Positions 10,503-22,666 are shown, numbered from the whole stretch's first letter. The stretch is DNA of 63,853 bases, filler included, from Octopus bimaculoides (GCF_001194135.2; 6 parts of 5 records of this genome joined end to end with filler, not necessarily neighbours in it); one strand, 5' to 3'. Numbers and translations are program-made. The notes: generated by a model not told the origin, from the sequence alone.

Positions 10503-11143
10503 AATATCGAGAATAATTTCAAGAATAATATATGCAACAAGACCCTCATTTTCAAAGACCTTACTGCGCTTAAATACCTGCAAATTATCAATTCCGATTC
10601 AGTAATTCTGCACATGCTTTATTACAATAGTATAATACTGATTCAATCTTGGTATTTTAAGTTGATCAAATATTCGAAATACTTCCCAGATCCAATCCAA
10701 TTTTAATTAAAGGAATTACAATAATCAACTTGACTGGCAACGGTAAATGGACTGACTTCATTCATACTAATTAATGGATTTGCTACTCTATTTCCCTATT
10801 TTGATGTATTAAACTTGTCATATACAATAAATGGCCCTAATTACTATCTTTCTCGTAAATGAGATTGGTTGAAACCAATCAGATCATTAATGATCTATTA
10901 TAGACACCATAATGATAACTATTCCTATTAAATCAACTTGGGTTTTTTTGTTTTTTTAAACAAGAAACATTTTAGTGAGCACATTTTCTACATATGACGC
11001 TATTGTACAAATCAATAGTCGCCTTTTCAACGTTAGACCACAAAAATAAATCTATACTACTAAAATAACATAATGTGTCTGTTACACATTAACATTGACC
11101 TCTAATAAATAATAACTTGAACTAAATTCACCCCTGTGTATGC

Positions 11144-11193
11144 GTGTGTGTAAAGAGAGAGAGAGAGAGCGAGAGAGAGAGAGAGAGAGAGAG

Positions 11194-11234
<41 letters not shown>

Positions 11235-11236
11235 GA
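11144..11236. repeat. (GA)n/(GAAA)n microsatellite
   Basis: Direct reading. Confidence 0.95.
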
Positions 11237-13559
11237 GTGGGGTAAGAGACAGACGCAGAAATCAAAGGCTTTACTTGGATACTTTGTTAGAACGGTACCT
11301 CCGTTTCATATTTACTCTGCACTGCGTGGAGATTGTGTTTTACGTAAACTACGATATACTTTTTTATATTCATTTCCTTGAAATCATAGGACAAATATTT
11401 TCGTTCTTTATTTGGTTTTCCTAAATTTATAAGCAGTATAACAATGTATGAGGACGGATAAATCATTTATCCTTTATGCATGTCGGTTTTCTTCCCTCTG
11501 AAAAGATAATTTCTTTTTAATAAGTTTATTTTTCACCTCTTGAAAACGTTACTTTATTATTACACCCATATCCTTTCACAATAGATAATGTAGACAAATT
11601 ACATTTTAACCAAAAAAAAATACAGTGTTAATTGATATGCTTAACTGTTCTGAAACACTGAAGTGCCGACCTAGATAATTTCTGTTTTTCTATACGTGTA
11701 TATTATTGATAAAGAGATAAAGAAAAACACAAAGAGGCAAAGGCAGATGGAAGAAAGTAAACATGGAATATACGAAGAGAATGGCATTTTGAGAATCCTA
11801 AACTGAACGAAAGCAGTTCAAGAAAAGAGATTTGTTATAATGCTATTATGAAAATTATATAAGGTTAATAGACTTTGTATTGGAACAAGAACCCCAGTAA
11901 TTTATTTATATGAATGTATGAGTTACAGAAACTGAATATTATGGAAAACATGTTACTGGGCCAAGAATCAAACTTCACTCTCCCATCCACTCTTACATGC
12001 ATAGTTTCCAGTTCAGGTGGTTTTCCTCATGACAGCCAATAAATCTGTGTCAATCATTGATTCAAGTATGTTCTTCCCAACTGATCTGTTTACTCACGAA
12101 TAATTGTGTGTGTCCTGACAAGCACCAAACAGTGTGCTGCTGGTGTAGTGGCAATACCGAGAAATGTCAAGAAATCAGAATTTGCAGTGACAGGATTCAA
12201 ATCACTAAAATTCGCCACTTGATAATGTTTTTTTCTGTAAGGCATTACTGTTAAGTCTTTCCCATCAACGCATAAAAAAAAAAGAATTGATAGTTAGCGA
12301 GAGATCACAAGTTTCTGGTGTATCGGGAGTGTTGGCAATTACTAGATGTCCGTTAATAAAAGTCATCTCACGTTGAGGTCTCTGTTGAAATATACACATG
12401 GTCGGAGCTCTGAAGAAAGGGAATCTTACGCAGGTTTTCTTAAGGGCAAGAGCTATGATGAATAAGAGAGGGAACGCTAACATAATTAACAGCTTCTAAC
12501 CAGTTGTCTTCTAGTGTTAACTATTCGAATGTCACAAACAACATCGCCTAACTGATAAATATCAAGCTTTTAGTAAAAATAATAAATGATAAATCCCTTG
12601 TATTCAATTCGATTAACACCCCATGATAATTTGTTGTGATCTCGATGGCATATTGGTTAGTTATTTTGCTAATATGCCATAAGCTGCAAGGATGTTGTTA
12701 GATTAAGGAAATTCAATAAGAAGATAAAAGCAGTAACTTTAGTTTTCTGTATTGCCTTTTGTTGTGATACGGAAGATATTTAAATGAGTCAAATATGATT
12801 TATTGTTATGACTATTTAGTCTCATTCAGCATTGATTAAGCTGAACTATGATCGAAGAATTTCAAACCATGTCCATCCTGTCCTTTTACAGTCATAATAT
12901 ATCTAAATCTACTCTCGCTATCCTTTCAGGGAAAAAGTGGGGTAAAATTCATTAAATAATAAAGTCTAGGCTATATTGATTATACATGAAAAAACGCAAA
13001 GTGACTATGACTCGAACGCCTTTTATCATATGTCTCCTCTATCCAAGATTGACCTAAGTCTAAAAAACATTAATATTAATGCATTAGAAACTGCACAGCT
13101 TCCAGTACATGTAAGTACTTGCTATTAATCTCCCATGTGCATGACGAGACAATTTTCCAATCCTTCTTTCCAAAAATGTATATCCACTTGAACTCTACTG
13201 CTACTAAATATTTCTTTCCAGCCAATAACCTAAAATTGCTCGTTCTGAAGAGTATCGTATCCAGTTATTCCAATATTTCAGCTTGTGGGGGCTCAAAATA
13301 GACATTATTAAAAGCATTGTATTTTGTCTGGCGAGTGAACAAATACAATCTGGCTGCAATTAAATTATATAAAATGGTAGTCATAACCGCCATTCATAAA
13401 TGTTTATGACTAGATAGCATGTACAATTCCTTTGCTAATAGTTTTAGACGTCTATGGATTCACAAACAGACATAAATGCAATATCGGTGCTCCAAGACTT
13501 AACCCAACGGAACATCAAGAATGTGACAGCTGGTGAGAGAGAGTGAACTGCACCAACAC

Positions 13560-13712
13560 TCAGCTGTTGTTTATTTTTGGTTAAGTCAACTTGAACAACG
13601 TGAACTAAAATAAAATACAATGTTCAAAGACACAACGCTCCACCAAGTCAGGAGTCGAACTCACGACATTATGATTATGTACCTAACACCTAACAACAAG
13701 GCCACGCGCCTA
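13560..13712 (-). mobile_element. Degenerate SINE family V 5' part
   Basis: GAGTCGAACTCACGAC (reverse B box) and AAAGACACAACG domain remnant. Confidence 0.6.
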
Positions 13713-13810
13713 GTGGGTACAGTGTTGGGTGCACATTCATAAGACAGGTGTGTATGCATGTATATATGTGTATATATATATATTTGTGTGTGGTGTGTGC
13801 GCGTGCGTGT

Positions 13811-13892
<82 letters not shown>

Positions 13893-13996
13893 TTACAATA
13901 CCCAGACAAGATACGTGATGCAGAAATAATAAAGACAAGAAATTCGCAATTCTTTTTGTCTTGTATTTATCTAAATCATTCCAAAATATATTACTA

Positions 13997-14265
13997 CGAA
14001 AGTTGGTTGAAAAGTTCATAGGCTGACCAAGATACTCTCATTGAATGTGACCAAATGAGCTTTATCTTCGAAAATGTCCTCCTTGCGGACTACACAGTTC
14101 TTCCATCAGTGTTGCAGTGCTTCGATTCCATTGCTGAAGAAGCTTTCATCCTGTTCGTCAAAAAAGTCATCAACAGCAGATACGACATTATCATCACTGC
14201 GCTATTAGTTTCCAACCAAGAAGTTTTTCATGTTGGAGAACAGATGATAGTCAGATTGGGATAAA
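13997..14265 (-). pseudogene. Mariner transposase C-terminus plus right TIR
   Basis: LSQSDYHLFSNMKNFLVGN**RSDDNVVSAVDDFFDEQDESFFSNGIEALQH*WKNCVVRKED matches the mariner DLAPSDYHLF...W.KCV..G.Y region; TIR-like CGAAAGTTGGTTGAAAAGTTCATAGGC after TA at 13995. Confidence 0.85.
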
Positions 14266-14289
14266 TCAAGAGAATAGGGAGGCTATTCT

Positions 14290-14760
14290 ATTTATGAATG
14301 GCGGCTATGATTACCATTTTATAAAATTTAATTGCAGCCAGCTTGTATATGTGAAGACAGGAAGAGTTATCTTTCGTAGGAATTTTGAAGTACATCTTTT
14401 GATGCGCTTCAAAGGAATTCTCTAGGAAATTTTTTGTTCGAATAACCAATGTGTGAACGCTTGATTTAAGGTATATTGATTTAAGGTATATTGTCCAGAA
14501 GTTGAACGTTATGGAAAACAACATTATGCCAAAAAAATTTTAAGCAGATCATCCGCCATTCGTCCTTACGTGATTATAGTTTCCACTTGGAGTGATTTTT
14601 GCAATGACAGACAATCAATCTTAATATTAAGCTTAAAGTAAAATAAATCTGTTATTCTCAAATAATCGCTTTGTGCATTAATAATTGTACGTTGCTTTGT
14701 CAAGCGCGTAACACCATGCAAAACAACATGCGACCCAGCGTGCTTCAGGTACAGTAACAA
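14290..14760 (-). mobile_element. Possible pogo/Tigger transposase N-terminal remnant
   Basis: HGVTRLTKQRTIINAQ resembles the Tigger-type GVT.LTKQR segment before the CENP-B HTH; heavily degraded. Confidence 0.35.
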
Positions 14761-14922
14761 TGATAAAAAAAAAATTCCACAGCACTGTGTTCACTGACGT
14801 TTTCCAATGTTAAAACTTTCTTCTAAACTATAATAGCTTCCGGATAATAAATTTAGTAAATTCAGATAGATTTATATATACGTTGACATTTTAGAAGTTA
14901 TCTTTATCGTAACACACACGCG

Positions 14923-14957
<35 letters not shown>

Positions 14958-14958
14958 T

Positions 14959-15297
14959 GAGACCCCCTTCGGTCATAACTGACCATGGGATTGCACTAGA
15001 AAGTTACCCTCTCAGGCACAAGTCCGGGCAAGGTTGTTATGGATGACCGGCAGTCGACCATGCATACCGGCCACCTCTCTCCACATCACCAGTGTTATCG
15101 TGTTATCCAAGGGAAAGGCAAATGCCGATACAGCTTAGCACCTGTGAGGTCGCAACTCATTTCTACAGCTGAATGAACTGGAGCAACGTGAAATAAAGTG
15201 GTCTTGCTCACTCAAGAACACAACACGCAGCCCGATCCGAGATTCGAACTCACAACCTCACGATCGTAAGCTCGACGCTCTAACCACTGATCCAGCG
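14959..15297 (-). mobile_element. SINE family V with tail type 2
   Basis: tRNA-like head with GAGTTCGAATC, V domain, distinct tail ending ATGACCGAAGGGGGTCTC. Confidence 0.85.
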
Positions 15298-15492
15298 TGT
15301 GTATATGTATATGNNNNNNNNNNNNNNNNNNNNNNNNNNNNNNNNNNNNNNNNNNNNTTAATTAATTAANNNNNNNNNNNNNNNNNNNNNNNNNNNNNNN
15401 NNNNNNNNNNNNNATATATATATATATATATATACATATGCATATATATGTAAACATACACACACAAACTCACAGTTATAACAAGCATTGTG

Positions 15493-15575
15493 TGACGTAA
15501 CACGTAATCACACGTTGGCAAACGTTTTGATGTTAATATATAACGTCATATCTTCCGTTTTTCTTATGACGTCAT
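15493..15575. promoter_or_regulatory. Cluster of ACGT-core (CRE-like) motifs
   Basis: TGACGTAA at 15493; ATGACGTCAT palindrome at 15566-15575; six ACGT cores in 83 bp; CTTCCG at 15552. Confidence 0.3.
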
Positions 15576-15955
15576 CATCGTATTTCACTGACAAACCTGC
15601 CAGACGACAGAGCGAGTAAGTTTTACAAGCAATTGAGAACTGCAAAATATTCCCACCTAAATTTCCTGTAAATTACAGAGCTTATCGGTTTAAAGAACGA
15701 ATGTCACATTGGATAATGGTATCCTGTCATTGATATACAAAAACATAAAAAGAAAAGATAGATGGCTGCTGGAACAAGCATGGTTGTGTAGTTAAAAAGT
15801 CTGTTTCAAGTCCACGTTGCTTGCAGATTAGTTCTACAAAGCGGTATCTTTTGTCCACTTACGCGGTGACCCAATGCTTTCAGTGTGAATTTTGTTGATG
15901 GACAATGAATGAAGTTTGTCCTTCATACATACATATATACATAAAAAAGGAGCGA

Positions 15956-16158
15956 TCCGTCGGTTACGACGACGAGGGTCCCAGCTGATACGATCAACGG
16001 AATAGCTTGCTCGTGAAAATAACGTGCAAGTGGTTGAGCACTCCACAGACGTGTGTACCCTTCTCGTAGCTCTCATGGAGATTCAGCGTGACACAGAGTG
16101 ACAAAGCTGGCCCTTTCGAATACAGGTACTACTCATTTTTGCCAGCCGAGTGGACTGA
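15956..16158 (-). mobile_element. SINE tail type 1 fragment
   Basis: Matches the 3' halves of 4102-4410 and 53174-53508. Confidence 0.8.
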
Positions 16159-16311
16159 GTTGACATACATACATACATACATATGATGGAGTTTGTATCT
16201 TCGTTGGAAACTGGTTTCCCCCTCAGTGGAAGATTTATAATAAGAGATAGAAGAGATACATACATACGTACATACATACATATATACTTACATACATACA
16301 TACATACATAC

Positions 16312-16342
<31 letters not shown>

Positions 16343-16344
16343 CA

Positions 16345-16584
16345 TCATTGGAACTGTAAAAATCCGTACAGACGTTTATCATTTAAATATATATGTGCAT
16401 GTCTAGATATGCAACTATATGCATGAGAATACATACATAAAAATCTGCACGTATACATACATACATACATACATACAAAAATACTCTAATGATGTTGAAA
16501 TTCCAATGAAGGAGCCTTGGATTTGGGTTAGAAACCAGTTCTTTCTCAATTGGCAAGAAATCTTGAAACAAAACTGAATAATGA
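16345..16584 (+). mobile_element. R4/Dong-like (CATA)n family, copy 4
   Basis: GGAACTGTAAAAATC..TTTATCATTTAA, same 3'UTR, ends CTGAATAATGA; preceded by (CATA)n. Confidence 0.85.
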
Positions 16585-17432
16585 CACAAATATACTTAAA
16601 TACATACATACATACATGCACACACACATATATGCACACATATCTGCACACATACATATGCACACAGTACAGGCACAGATATATACACGCATATATACAT
16701 ATATACAAACACACAAATATGCATGCATACGTACATTCCTGCACACACATATAAACATACATACATCTATACATGCATACACACAAATACATATATGCAT
16801 ATATACACATACATACTCACATACATATAGAAGCACAAACACATACATACACACATACACGCATATATACAAACAGACATACATACGAATATACATAGAG
16901 CCGTCGTCATGTTTCGCTCATTGGTCCTCACCTAATTGCCAAATATCATGTCCTACACCGATTGGTAAGATCGGCGCAAATAGATTTATAATACTGTATA
17001 CTTTATCATTAACATACCTACTCCATTGACAAATATACAAGATGTGTGCCTGATTTCTCTGACTTATAGATTATACCTACCTACCTACCTACCTACCTAC
17101 CTACCTACCTACTTACCTCTGTACTTAAAGACAGACATACATAGACACAAGCATATACACGATATATGCACGTATGTACGTATATTTATTTGTATATATG
17201 TATACGTATATATGTACATATATGTGTGTGTATATATATATGTATATATACATATGTATATATATACACACATAGATATATGCATACATATATGGGTATG
17301 TATATACCTATATATATATGTATATAGATATACAATAATAATAAAGGGTAAAATTAATTAATTAATTAATAATTAATAATTTTACCAAGTAGTTCAGTAT
17401 GTTAAAATAACCTTTATCGGTAATATACAAAC

Positions 17433-17642
17433 ATTCTATAATTATAAGCATAATTATAATTAGGGTTTAGCAAATTGTTTCACCACATACCGAAGTCCAG
17501 AAATAGCAGTTCAATACTATTCCTCTACCATAAGATATCTCCCAGACAGCAATACTCTCAATTCACTGCTATTTCTAAATTTCGGTATGTGGTAAAGCAC
17601 TTTGCTGAACCGTAATCATAATTATGCTTATAATTATAGAAT
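17433..17642. repeat. 78 bp inverted repeat with 54 nt loop
   Basis: Arms 17433-17510 and 17565-17642, 9 mismatches by hand alignment. Confidence 0.9.
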
Positions 17643-18676
17643 TTATATGTATATATATATATATATATATATTGGAAGGTTTGGAGGTGATGTACAGGGA
17701 TTATATATTGGAAAAAATAATAAGGTACTCAGATATCTGCATGGTTGTACATTTACAGATTTTTATTAATATGTCACATGTTTTATAAATATTAGCGCTT
17801 GCACCTATTCTTGTAGGTTCTTCAATATATNNNNNNNNNNNNNNNNNNNNNNNNNNNNNNNNNNNNNNNNNNNNNNNNNNNNNNNNNNNNNNNNNNNNNN
17901 NNNNNNNNNNNNNNNNNNNNNNNNNNNNNNNNNNNNNNNNNNNNNNNNNNNNNNNNNNNNNNNNNNNNNNNNNNNNNNNNNNNNNNNNNNNNNNNNNNNN
18001 NNNNNNNNNNNNNNNNNNNNNNNNNNNNNNNNNNNNNNNNNNNNNNNNNNNNNNNNNNNNNNNNNNNNNNNNNNNNNNNNNNNNNNNNNNNNNNNNNNNN
18101 NNNNNNNNNNNNNNNNNNNNNNNNNNNNNNNNNNNNNNNNNNNNNNNNNNNNNNNNNNNNNNNNNNNNNNNNNNNNNNNNNNNNNNNNNNNNNNNNNNNN
18201 NNNNNNNNNNNNNNNNNNNNNNNNNNNNNNNNNNNNNNNNNNNNNNNNNNNNNNNNNNNNNNNNNNNNNNNNNNNNNNNNNNNNNNNNNNNNNNNNNNNN
18301 NNNNNNNNNNNNNNNNNNNNNNNNNNNNNNNNNNNNNNNNNNNNNNNNNNNNNNNNNNNNNNNNTATATATATACATACATATATATATAAATACATAAA
18401 TATCTTCGTTATAAGATCATAAATCAGGAGAAGAGCATACCCTATAAAATAAAGAGCAGTTGTTCATTTTTGTATGTGTAAAGTAACAGTATAGAAAAAG
18501 GGCCATTGGTTGCATATCTAACGTGAACTAGAGATTTCTTCAGTTTTTCTAAACGATAACCGTTCTCTGCCAAGAATGTTTTTTTAAGCACAAGAACGCC
18601 GGTGAAAGTTAAAGATATATTCCACTATAAAAAATTTTGGCGGAGCGAGTTGTCTTCCTTCGCTTGGTAACTAGGT

Positions 18677-19380
18677 TTACCAGATTTGAAGTATAAATTT
18701 CCGAAAATGCGGACAACTCCCTACGGCTTCCGTCCTGGTGTTCAGGTAGCCTCCTGGCTCATGTGAGTTCATGAGGATTACATATATTTCTGCCATACAC
18801 AATTTACACAGTCTTGTTCCATTGCGATAGGGTCCGCAAGTTTCCAGTAATTTCCACCTGATGTTAAAGGGCGTATGATAGTCCTTTAAGCGCCCTAAGT
18901 ATGGTGTGAGTGCTGTTGTGTTGCGTCTCTCCGGGACCCTGAAAGATGATCTGTGGTTGTTCAGGCGAATTTTAAATTTGGATTCACAAGATCCGACATA
19001 AATTTTAGTGTGTGTCCCTGTATTGGCATTGATGTTACTGATATTTGTGCTGCTTCTGTTTGAGGCTACCTTTGCTTGGTACGCTGTAGCCTCGGTGTCA
19101 CATCAGCCGTCCATTGGGCATTCATTTCTAATCCTGCCTGAAAATCACTATATTTACGCATCAGGCAGTTAAAGAGAAGAAATTGTTAAGGTAGAGTTTC
19201 GGATTAAGACGCCTACATAAGTTCTATTTTCTCCGTTTTGACGGGGATTTTCCAATTTTATTTTTCGCTAAAGCCTTCGAAATGATGTGGGTAGGGGAAT
19301 TTAAAAGAATTTTTATTTCCATATCTACGATTTCTTTTTCGCCTCACCTACATTCTCCTGGCCGATATTGGATTTTCTGG
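18677..19380 (-). pseudogene. Penelope-like element C-terminal GIY-YIG endonuclease (Nematis-like)
   Basis: Hand translation: ECPMDG*CDTEATAYQAKV..KIYVGSCESKFKIRLNNHRSSFR..RWKLLETCGPYRNGTRLCKLCMAE..LNTRTEAVGSCPHFRKF; stop TAA at 18677-18679. Confidence 0.9.
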
Positions 19381-20579
19381 TTTTTTTTTTTTTGTTTTTG
19401 GTTTTTTTTTACACTAAGGACTTAAAAACCACGATAGAAACCTTTCCGGTAAAAAAAAAAAATGTAAATATTTTCAAACAGAGAGATGTGTGATTTCAGG
19501 ATGATTTAGCTGCTGTTTCTAGCACACTCCACTACCACCTTCCTCGTTTCTTTGTCACTGTCACGTATTGATGCTTTTCAATAACTTTCTTCCCATAAGC
19601 ACATTTTATGGAATGATGTTACGGAAGTTACACACACGTGATACATTGCTGGAATCTAGGCAACAAAAAAAATTGAAATTTAAATCTTCCTCCCCACCAC
19701 CCACGCAATATTTGTAGACCCAGTATATATACAGAAAGACTGAGAGAGAGAAAGAGAGAGAGAGAATAATGCAGATTTCTTTATTCATACGACGAATATT
19801 CAATTCTACATACATACGCACATAAAAGGAACTTACTCAACGAATCTCTCACTCACCCCTCTCTCTCTCTCTCTTGCTCACTGTATGTATGTATACATAC
19901 ACATACGCACATACATACATGCACACACACATACACACATACACACATACGTACAGATATACACATACATACATACATACATACATACATACATACATAC
20001 ATACAAACATACATACACACAAACATACATATCTGTGAATTTTCAGGCAATTTCATTCACCACAAAAATTACGGCACGAATGGATTAAAACCTCTCAGGA
20101 GAAATACAACTAGGTAATCACTCACTCAATTTACTATCTTTTACTGACAAAAAGATTACTATGTATCATAAAACCATAAAAAACATTCTTCAGTCACAGA
20201 AAGTAACTTAAATACAGCACAAGAGCGGGAAAGTCTTTTTCCAGTTTTTCAATAAAATCTCGTGAGTGGAAAAAATATTTTTAAAACATTCGGATGTATG
20301 AATGAAGGCAAAAAATTTGGCTGACTCCTTAAATTTTATCGTCTTGCATATACTTTATTTTAAAGGAATTGATACAGAAAGAGCTTTGCATAGCGATGAT
20401 GAGTTGGGCATTAAAACACGGCCAGTTGTCAAAAATTATTCGCACTTTTGCCCAAACTTTCATTAGCTTGGCAGCACTGCATTTAGCGTCCTTGTACTAA
20501 ATTGGTTGTCTTCTAGTGGATACGTGACTAAGGTTTGAACTTGGACACTTCAGCTTGCTTTCTTGTGCTACAGAGTGAA

Positions 20580-20725
20580 ATGGCGGCTTCGCTGGCAGTG
20601 TGCACCAAGAAAGAACACAGATCTGATTTATGTAGTGTGAAGGTGTATCAGGGGCTGAAATTCTTCTCTGGCTTTCAGTAGAATACAGGGACAGCGCTCT
20701 ACCAAAACACGAAGTCTATTGTTCA
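20580..20725 (+). pseudogene. Mariner transposase N-terminal fragment
   Basis: MAASLAVCTKKEHRS../SEGVSGAEILLWLSVEYRDSALPKHEVY fits the mariner HTH start (EGV.GAEI..RL...YG...L....VY). Confidence 0.7.
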
Positions 20726-20929
20726 AGAAAGTGTTATTTTTTTCATTACAATACAAACTCTCATAAGCTATCCTTCATCATTGAAACCATTCAAAATTGG
20801 GATTTTAGTTGCGGAAACGTCCTGCATATTGTCCAAATGCCACCCCATCTGAGTGTCATACATTTAGACCCCTCAAACATGGGTTCCGATGACAAGTGTT
20901 CCTCTTGATGCGGTCAGCGGAAATTAATG

Positions 20930-21212
20930 TGAAAGTGGTCGTGAAATTAATGTGAAATTAATGCGGTCGTGAAATTAATGTGATAGTGGCTGAGCATTCC
21001 AAAAACACGCGTACCCCTTAACGTAGCTCTGAGAGAGGTTCAGCGTGACAGCGTGAGAATTTTGGCCCATTTGAATTGCCGCTACAACTCATTTCTACCA
21101 GCTGAGTGAACTGGGGCAAGATGAAAAATATATCTCACTCAAAGAAACGCTGTATCACCAGAAATCGAACTCACAACCGTGAGTTGAATGCCCCTAACCA
21201 CTAAGCCATATA
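20930..21212 (-). mobile_element. SINE family V, tail type 1, degenerate
   Basis: GAAATCGAACTCAC reverse B box; tail GTACCCTTAACGTAG. Confidence 0.7.
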
Positions 21213-21962
21213 TATTCACTATCTATAATCTAGTCTTAAGAGCATAGCTGAAAATTTCAGCAAATTAATGACTGTCACCATTATGATGTGAAGATAGAAC
21301 TATCTTAACATCCATTTATAACTACGTTTTACTTCCGGTCTATTATACTTCTGCCTACACAACATCCTTAATATTGAACTCCTTTTAAGTCATTATAATA
21401 CCTCACTTTTCATTCAATCGATCATAAGTAATGATTATAAATTGTGTATAATAGCCCAAAAGAATAATAATAAATAAACAGCTAACGGTAATCGAAACAA
21501 TGAAAGTTACAAAAATTAATAATAACAGTAATTATCCGCTCACTTTCTTCATTATCTGGTGAACTGCTTTGTGAATGAGGTACAACATTTTGTTGATTAT
21601 ATTTTTTACATTTATTTTCAAAACATTCACTACAATATGAAAATTATTGATTACAAGATTTTAAGCCAGAGAACACGCTTCTTCGTGAAGATTTTGTGCA
21701 TGGATCACACTAAGCTCCAAACAACATCAATCGACTACTAAACACAATGTTTTAGAGTGATTCTACCCCTTCAGCGATGTATCCCTCTACGATCATTTGA
21801 AGTTAGACATATATATATATATATTTCGGTGCGAATGATTTTTTTATTACCGTGCCATGATTTACAATCCTGTAAATGATAACAATAGTACTATTTTATA
21901 TAAGCTTAAAGCTTATGGCGATCACCGTGCAATGACTAAGGAAAATAGTCCAATAAAGAGAC

Positions 21963-22038
21963 ATATACGCCCTCGACAGAAAAAAAAGCTTTCCTATCCG
22001 TAGGAAAGCTTTCTTTCTTTTCTGTCGAGGGCTTATAT
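21963..22038. repeat. Foldback hairpin with 4 nt loop
   Basis: ATATACGCCCTCGACAGAAAA..AGCTTTCCTA-TCCG-TAGGAAAGCT..TTTTCTGTCGAGGGCTTATAT. Confidence 0.9.
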
Positions 22039-22077
22039 AAAAGTACCATTGTTTATATATATATAAATATACATATA

Positions 22078-22666
22078 CGATGTCTGATCAATAAGTATCC
22101 GGACTGTTACTGTCCTTGAACTATGCTGTACACGCGCACTAAGTTTTAACGTTTTAGCTCACTTCCGCTGTTTAGAGCAATGTTTGAAAGAAGGTGTGTA
22201 GCGTGTGATCGTCGCGGTGACCATGACAGAGGAAATTGTCACAGCGAAGTTGCAGAAAGTGTATGGAGAGGAGTGTATGAGCCACACTCAAGTCTACAAG
22301 TGTTTCAAACGTTTCTAAAAAATGTCGATATTCGCGAATGTTCTGGGAAACTCACAACCAGAAGAACTGAGAAACACATCACAGGCGGCGAGCTGGCAGA
22401 ATCATTAGAGCGCCGGGTGAAATGCTTAGCGGTATTTCGTCTGCCGTTACGTTCGAAGTTCAAATTCCACCGAGGTCGACTTTGCCTTTCATCCTTTCGG
22501 GGTCGATAAATTAAGTACCAGTTACGCACTGGGGTCGATGTAATCGACTTAATCCCTTTGTCTGTCCTTGTTTGTCCCCTCTATCTTTAGCCCCTTGTGG
22601 GAAATAAAGAAATAAGATATGTGTGCAACTGTGAGAAGAAATCGTCGAATCAGCATCTGTGAGTTA
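22078..22666 (+). mobile_element. Mariner 5' end (TIR plus transposase N-terminus) interrupted by a SINE
   Basis: TA then CGATGTCTGATCAATAAGTATCCGGACT TIR; TAKLQKVYGEECMSHTQVYKCFKRF..ECSGKLTTRRTEKHIT | SINE | CATVRRNRRISICEL. Confidence 0.85.
22383..22617 (+). mobile_element. SINE family M, full length, little decayed
   Basis: AGGCGGCGAGCTGGCAGAATC head, GAAGTTCAAATTCC B box, intact M domain, A-rich end. Confidence 0.92.

Noticed and set aside
15358-15369. TTAATTAATTAA centred in N runs (also 38444, 49994, 55116, 62103)
   Set aside because: Each is exactly 44 N + 12 bp + 44 N = 100 bp and has stops in all six frames; this is an assembly linker, not biology.
19103-19105. In-frame TGA in CPMDG*C of a PLE endonuclease as possible selenocysteine
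   Set aside because: The position aligns to non-Cys residues in the other two ENs (GAC, GYC); CGA-to-TGA decay is simpler, and the known selenoprotein PLEs (Naiads) have N-terminal ENs.
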